Origin: Escherichia coli
GTDB lineage: Bacteria; Pseudomonadota; Gammaproteobacteria; Enterobacterales; Enterobacteriaceae
Length of the DNA: 64,000 nt
Assembly (NCBI RefSeq): GCF_044324875.1
Contig: NZ_CP172185.1
Strand: one strand, 5' to 3'
Shown: positions 59,195-64,000 of the stretch, piece after piece
How the letters are laid out: each line of letters opens with the position of its first letter
How positions within the stretch are numbered: the first letter of the stretch is position 1
The notes under the pieces: generated by a model
What the model was told of the DNA's origin: nothing
Databases searched by the model: none
Seen by the model: only the letters and a program-made list of their open reading frames with translations
Position numbers and translations under genes: made by a program

Positions 59195-60313
59195 ATGCAT
59201 AACCAGGCTCCAATTCAACGTAGAAAATCAACACGTATTTACGTTGGGAATGTGCCGATTGGCGATGGTGCTCCCATCGCCGTACAGTCCATGACCAATA
59301 CGCGTACGACAGACGTCGAAGCAACGGTCAATCAAATCAAGGCGTTGGAACGTGTTGGCGCTGATATCGTCCGTGTCTCAGTACCGACGATGGACGCGGC
59401 AGAAGCGTTCAAACTCATCAAACAGCAGGTTAACGTGCCGCTGGTGGCTGACATCCACTTCGACTATCGCATTGCGCTGAAAGTAGCGGAATACGGCGTC
59501 GATTGTCTGCGTATTAACCCTGGCAATATCGGTAATGAAGAGCGTATTCGCATGGTGGTTGACTGTGCGCGCGATAAAAACATTCCGATCCGTATTGGCG
59601 TTAACGCCGGATCGCTGGAAAAAGATCTGCAAGAAAAGTATGGCGAACCGACGCCGCAGGCGTTGCTGGAATCCGCCATGCGTCATGTTGATCATCTCGA
59701 TCGCTTGAACTTCGAACAGTTCAAAGTCAGCGTGAAAGCGTCAGACGTCTTCCTCGCTGTTGAGTCTTATCGTTTGCTGGCAAAACAGATCGATCAGCCG
59801 CTGCATCTGGGGATCACCGAAGCGGGTGGTGCGCGCAGCGGGGCGGTTAAATCCGCCATTGGTTTAGGTCTGCTGCTGTCTGAAGGCATTGGCGACACGC
59901 TGCGCGTATCGCTGGCGGCCGATCCGGTTGAAGAGATCAAAGTCGGTTTCGATATTTTGAAATCGCTGCGTATCCGTTCGCGCGGGATCAACTTCATCGC
60001 CTGTCCAACCTGTTCGCGTCAGGAGTTTGATGTTATCGGTACGGTTAACGCGCTGGAGCAACGCCTGGAAGATATCATCACTCCGATGGACGTTTCGATT
60101 ATCGGCTGTGTGGTGAATGGCCCAGGTGAGGCGCTGGTTTCTACACTCGGCGTCACCGGCGGTAACAAGAAAAGCGGCCTCTATGAAGATGGCGTGCGCA
60201 AAGACCGTCTGGACAACAACGATATGATCGACCAGCTGGAAGCGCGCATTCGTGCGAAAGCCAGTCAGCTGGACGAAGCGCGTCGAATTGACGTTCAGCA
60301 GGTTGAAAAATAA
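59195..60313 (+). CDS. ispG: 4-hydroxy-3-methylbut-2-enyl diphosphate synthase
   Basis: 372-aa [31 protein letters not shown]...; [4Fe-4S] cysteines CPTCSR...C. Confidence 0.95.
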   Translation: MHNQAPIQRRKSTRIYVGNVPIGDGAPIAVQSMTNTRTTDVEATVNQIKALERVGADIVRVSVPTMDAAEAFKLIKQQVNVPLVADIHFDYRIALKVAEYGVDCLRINPGNIGNEERIRMVVDCARDKNIPIRIGVNAGSLEKDLQEKYGEPTPQALLESAMRHVDHLDRLNFEQFKVSVKASDVFLAVESYRLLAKQIDQPLHLGITEAGGARSGAVKSAIGLGLLLSEGIGDTLRVSLAADPVEEIKVGFDILKSLRIRSRGINFIACPTCSRQEFDVIGTVNALEQRLEDIITPMDVSIIGCVVNGPGEALVSTLGVTGGNKKSGLYEDGVRKDRLDNNDMIDQLEARIRAKASQLDEARRIDVQQVEK

Positions 60314-60423
60314 TAACGTGATGGGAAGCGCCTCGCTTCCCGTGTATGATTGAACCCGCATGGCTCCCGAAACATTGAGGGAAGCGTTGAGGGTTCATTT
60401 TTATATTCAGAAAGAGAATAAAC

Positions 60424-61698
60424 GTGGCAAAAAACATTCAAGCCATTCGCGGCATGAACGATTACCTGCCTGGCGAAACGGCCATCTGGCAGCGCATTGA
60501 AGGCACACTGAAAAACGTGCTCGGCAGCTACGGTTACAGTGAAATCCGCTTGCCGATTGTAGAGCAGACCCCGCTATTCAAACGTGCGATTGGTGAAGTC
60601 ACCGACGTGGTTGAAAAAGAGATGTACACTTTTGAGGATCGCAATGGCGACAGCCTGACTCTGCGCCCTGAAGGGACGGCGGGCTGTGTACGCGCCGGCA
60701 TCGAGCATGGTCTTCTGTACAATCAGGAACAGCGTCTGTGGTATATCGGGCCGATGTTCCGTCACGAGCGTCCGCAGAAAGGGCGTTATCGTCAGTTCCA
60801 TCAGTTGGGCTGCGAAGTTTTCGGTCTGCAAGGTCCGGATATCGACGCTGAATTGATTATGCTCACCGCCCGCTGGTGGCGCGCGCTGGGTATCTCCGAG
60901 CACGTAACTCTTGAGCTGAACTCTATCGGTTCGCTGGAAGCACGCGCCAATTACCGCGATGCGCTGGTGGCATTCCTTGAGCAGCATAAAGAAAAGCTGG
61001 ACGAAGACTGCAAACGCCGCATGTACACTAACCCGCTGCGCGTGCTGGATTCAAAAAATCCGGAAGTGCAGGCGCTTCTCAACGATGCTCCGGCATTAGG
61101 CGATTATCTGGACGAGGAATCTCGTGAGCATTTTGCCGGTCTGTGCAAACTGCTTGAGAGCGCGGGGATCGCTTACACCGTCAACCAGCGTCTGGTGCGT
61201 GGTCTGGATTACTATAACCGTACCGTTTTCGAGTGGGTGACTAACAGCCTCGGTTCCCAGGGCACCGTGTGTGCAGGCGGTCGTTATGACGGTCTGGTGG
61301 AACAACTGGGTGGTCGTGCTACACCGGCAGTCGGTTTTGCGATGGGCCTCGAACGTCTTGTATTGTTAGTTCAGGCCGTTAATCCGGAATTTAAGGCCGA
61401 TCCTGTTGTCGATATATACCTGGTGGCTTCAGGTGCTGATACACAATCTGCGGCTATGGCATTAGCAGAGCGTCTGCGTGATGAATTACCGGGCGTGAAA
61501 CTGATGACCAACCACGGCGGCGGCAACTTTAAGAAACAGTTTGCCCGTGCTGATAAATGGGGTGCCCGCGTTGCTGTGGTGCTGGGTGAGTCTGAAGTGG
61601 CTAACGGCACAGCAGTAGTGAAGGATTTGCGCTCTGGTGAGCAAACGGCAGTTGCGCAGGATAGCGTAGCCGCGCATTTGCGCACGTTACTGGGTTAA
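60424..61698 (+). CDS. hisS: histidine--tRNA ligase
   Basis: 424-aa [21 protein letters not shown]... with GTG start; class II aaRS motifs. Confidence 0.95.
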
Positions 61699-61715
61699 GG
61701 AAGGAGAAGGACAGC

Positions 61716-62336
61716 GTGGAAATTTACGAGAACGAAAACGACCAGGTTGAAGCGGTTAAACGCTTTTTTGCTGAAAATGGCAAAGCACTGGCTGTTGGGG
61801 TGATTTTGGGCGTTGGTGCACTGATTGGCTGGCGCTACTGGAACAGCCATCAGGTTGATTCTGCACGCTCCGCTTCTCTTGCCTATCAAAATGCGGTTAC
61901 CGCAGTGAGCGAAGGCAAACCGGATAGCATCCCGGCGGCGGAAAAATTTGCTGCTGAAAATAAAAATACTTATGGTGCGCTGGCTTCTTTGGAACTTGCG
62001 CAGCAATTTGTTGACAAAAATGAACTAGAGAAAGCTGCCGCCCAGTTACAACAGGGGCTGGCAGACACGAGCGATGAAAATCTCAAAGCCGTGATAAATC
62101 TGCGTCTTGCTCGCGTTCAGGTTCAGCTCAAGCAGGCTGATGCCGCGCTGAAAACCCTTGATACCATCAAAGGTGAAGGGTGGGCTGCCATTGTTGCCGA
62201 CCTGCGTGGTGAAGCATTGCTGAGCAAAGGTGATAAGCAAGGTGCGCGTAGTGCATGGGAAGCAGGCGTGAAAAGCGATGTTACCCCGGCACTGAGCGAA
62301 ATGATGCAGATGAAAATTAATAATTTGTCCATCTGA
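61716..62336 (+). CDS. yfgM: membrane-anchored TPR-like protein YfgM
   Basis: 206-aa ORF with one N-terminal TM helix; synteny between hisS and bamB. Confidence 0.85.
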   Translation: MEIYENENDQVEAVKRFFAENGKALAVGVILGVGALIGWRYWNSHQVDSARSASLAYQNAVTAVSEGKPDSIPAAEKFAAENKNTYGALASLELAQQFVDKNELEKAAAQLQQGLADTSDENLKAVINLRLARVQVQLKQADAALKTLDTIKGEGWAAIVADLRGEALLSKGDKQGARSAWEAGVKSDVTPALSEMMQMKINNLSI

Positions 62337-62346
62337 GAGGGACCCG

Positions 62347-63525
62347 ATGCAATTGCGTAAATTACTGCTGCCAGGACTGCTTTCCGTTACCCTTTTAAGC
62401 GGCTGTTCGCTGTTTAACAGCGAAGAAGATGTGGTAAAGATGTCCCCATTGCCAACCGTTGAAAACCAGTTTACGCCGACCACGGCGTGGAGCACTTCCG
62501 TTGGTAGCGGCATTGGCAACTTCTATTCCAATCTTCATCCGGCACTGGCGGACAACGTTGTCTATGCAGCGGACCGCGCTGGTTTAGTAAAAGCGCTGAA
62601 TGCGGATGATGGCAAAGAAATCTGGTCTGTCAGCCTGGCCGAGAAAGATGGCTGGTTCTCTAAAGAGCCTGCATTACTTTCTGGCGGCGTGACCGTGTCT
62701 GGCGGGCATGTCTACATTGGCAGTGAAAAGGCGCAGGTTTACGCGCTGAATACCAGCGATGGTACTGTGGCATGGCAAACTAAAGTCGCGGGTGAAGCTC
62801 TTTCTCGCCCGGTGGTCAGCGACGGTCTGGTGTTAATCCACACCAGTAACGGTCAGTTACAAGCGCTGAACGAAGCTGACGGCGCTGTCAAATGGACAGT
62901 TAACCTCGATATGCCTTCGCTCTCTTTGCGTGGCGAGTCTGCGCCGGCAACGGCTTTTGGTGCGGCCGTCGTGGGTGGCGATAATGGTCGCGTCAGCGCA
63001 GTGCTGATGGAACAGGGCCAGATGATTTGGCAGCAGCGTATTTCCCAGGCGACCGGTTCAACCGAAATTGACCGTCTGAGCGATGTTGACACGACTCCCG
63101 TCGTTGTTAACGGCGTTGTTTTCGCGCTGGCCTATAATGGTAACCTGACGGCGCTTGATCTGCGCAGCGGTCAGATTATGTGGAAACGCGAACTTGGTTC
63201 GGTGAATGATTTCATCGTCGACGGCAACCGCATCTATCTGGTCGATCAAAATGACCGGGTGATGGCGTTGACCATTGATGGCGGCGTTACGCTGTGGACA
63301 CAAAGCGATCTGTTGCATCGCCTGCTGACTTCTCCGGTGCTGTATAATGGCAACCTGGTGGTAGGTGACAGTGAAGGTTATCTGCACTGGATTAACGTCG
63401 AAGATGGTCGTTTCGTTGCCCAGCAAAAAGTTGATAGTTCCGGTTTCCAGACTGAACCGGTTGCCGCTGACGGCAAACTGCTGATCCAGGCAAAAGACGG
63501 AACCGTGTACTCTATTACACGTTAA
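62347..63525 (+). CDS. bamB: outer-membrane protein assembly factor BamB (PQQ beta-propeller lipoprotein)
   Basis: 392-aa ORF with lipobox LLSGC and repeated propeller blades. Confidence 0.93.
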   Translation: MQLRKLLLPGLLSVTLLSGCSLFNSEEDVVKMSPLPTVENQFTPTTAWSTSVGSGIGNFYSNLHPALADNVVYAADRAGLVKALNADDGKEIWSVSLAEKDGWFSKEPALLSGGVTVSGGHVYIGSEKAQVYALNTSDGTVAWQTKVAGEALSRPVVSDGLVLIHTSNGQLQALNEADGAVKWTVNLDMPSLSLRGESAPATAFGAAVVGGDNGRVSAVLMEQGQMIWQQRISQATGSTEIDRLSDVDTTPVVVNGVVFALAYNGNLTALDLRSGQIMWKRELGSVNDFIVDGNRIYLVDQNDRVMALTIDGGVTLWTQSDLLHRLLTSPVLYNGNLVVGDSEGYLHWINVEDGRFVAQQKVDSSGFQTEPVAADGKLLIQAKDGTVYSITR

Positions 63526-63546
63526 TCGTCTCTGTCGTTCACTTTG

Positions 63547-63580
63547 AAAACGGCTCCTGGACAGGGGCCGTTTTCCTGTT
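63547..63580 (+). terminator. putative intrinsic terminator after bamB
   Basis: AAAACGGCTCCTGGACAGGGGCCGTTTT hairpin followed by CCTGTTTTT. Confidence 0.5.
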
Positions 63581-63642
63581 TTTAACAACGACACGAATAT
63601 AGCGTGCGTTGTCTGATGATTTATAAAAATGAGGCTTTAAAC

Positions 63643-64000
63643 ATGGTACCTGTGGTCGCGCTTGTCGGGCGCCCTAACGTAGGAAAATCCACGTTATTTA
63701 ACCGTCTAACTCGCACCCGAGATGCGCTGGTTGCGGATTTCCCGGGTCTGACTCGTGACCGTAAGTACGGTCGTGCGGAAATTGAAGGCCGTGAGTTTAT
63801 CTGTATTGATACCGGCGGGATTGATGGCACAGAAGACGGTGTAGAAACCCGCATGGCGGAACAGTCGCTGCTGGCGATTGAAGAAGCGGACGTCGTACTG
63901 TTTATGGTGGATGCGCGCGCGGGCCTGATGCCGGCAGATGAAGCGATTGCCAAACATCTGCGCTCCCGTGAAAAACCGACCTTCCTGGTGGCAAACAAAA
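63643..64000 (+). CDS. der: GTPase Der (EngA), N-terminal part; continues beyond the window end
   Basis: [43 protein letters not shown]... with G1 P-loop GRPNVGKS and DTGG; reading frame open to the window edge. Confidence 0.93.

Overview
This window reads as a contiguous stretch of Escherichia coli core chromosome (K-12/B-like, near the purL-glyA-hca-isc-hisS region), running from yfhH to der. Gene identities are from reading the translations and recalling the families and synteny; no database search was possible. About 60 protein genes are called: pgpC, tadA, mltF, purL, glrK-qseG-glrR-glnB, hmp, glyA, the yphH/yphGFEDCB sugar-utilisation cluster, yphA, hcaDBCFE/hcaR/hcaT, csiE, yfhR, suhB, trmJ, iscRSUA-hscBA-fdx-iscX, pepB, sseB, sseA, yfhM-pbpC, ndk, rlmN, rodZ, ispG, hisS, yfgM, bamB and the 5' end of der. 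No rRNA, tRNA, CRISPR array or prophage was seen. Non-coding content includes the GlmY sRNA with its sigma54 promoter and three GlrR boxes, REP/BIME and ERIC repeats, and several intrinsic terminators. Three things depart from a plain core-genome reading. First, a complete IS150 copy sits inside a REP element between yphB and yphA with a 3-bp TTC target duplication. Second, yphB is split by a 1-nt frameshift. Third, and most interesting, the sseB-sseA spacer holds two tandem ryfA-like modules. Each pairs a minus-strand RNA carrying an identical 45-codon hydrophobic small ORF with a divergently transcribed plus-strand sRNA-like unit. The 5' end of each sRNA is complementary to its own module's mRNA leader, and that stretch has co-varied between copies, which looks like two cognate type I toxin-antitoxin-like pairs (TimP/TimR-like). 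This is inference from sequence only.
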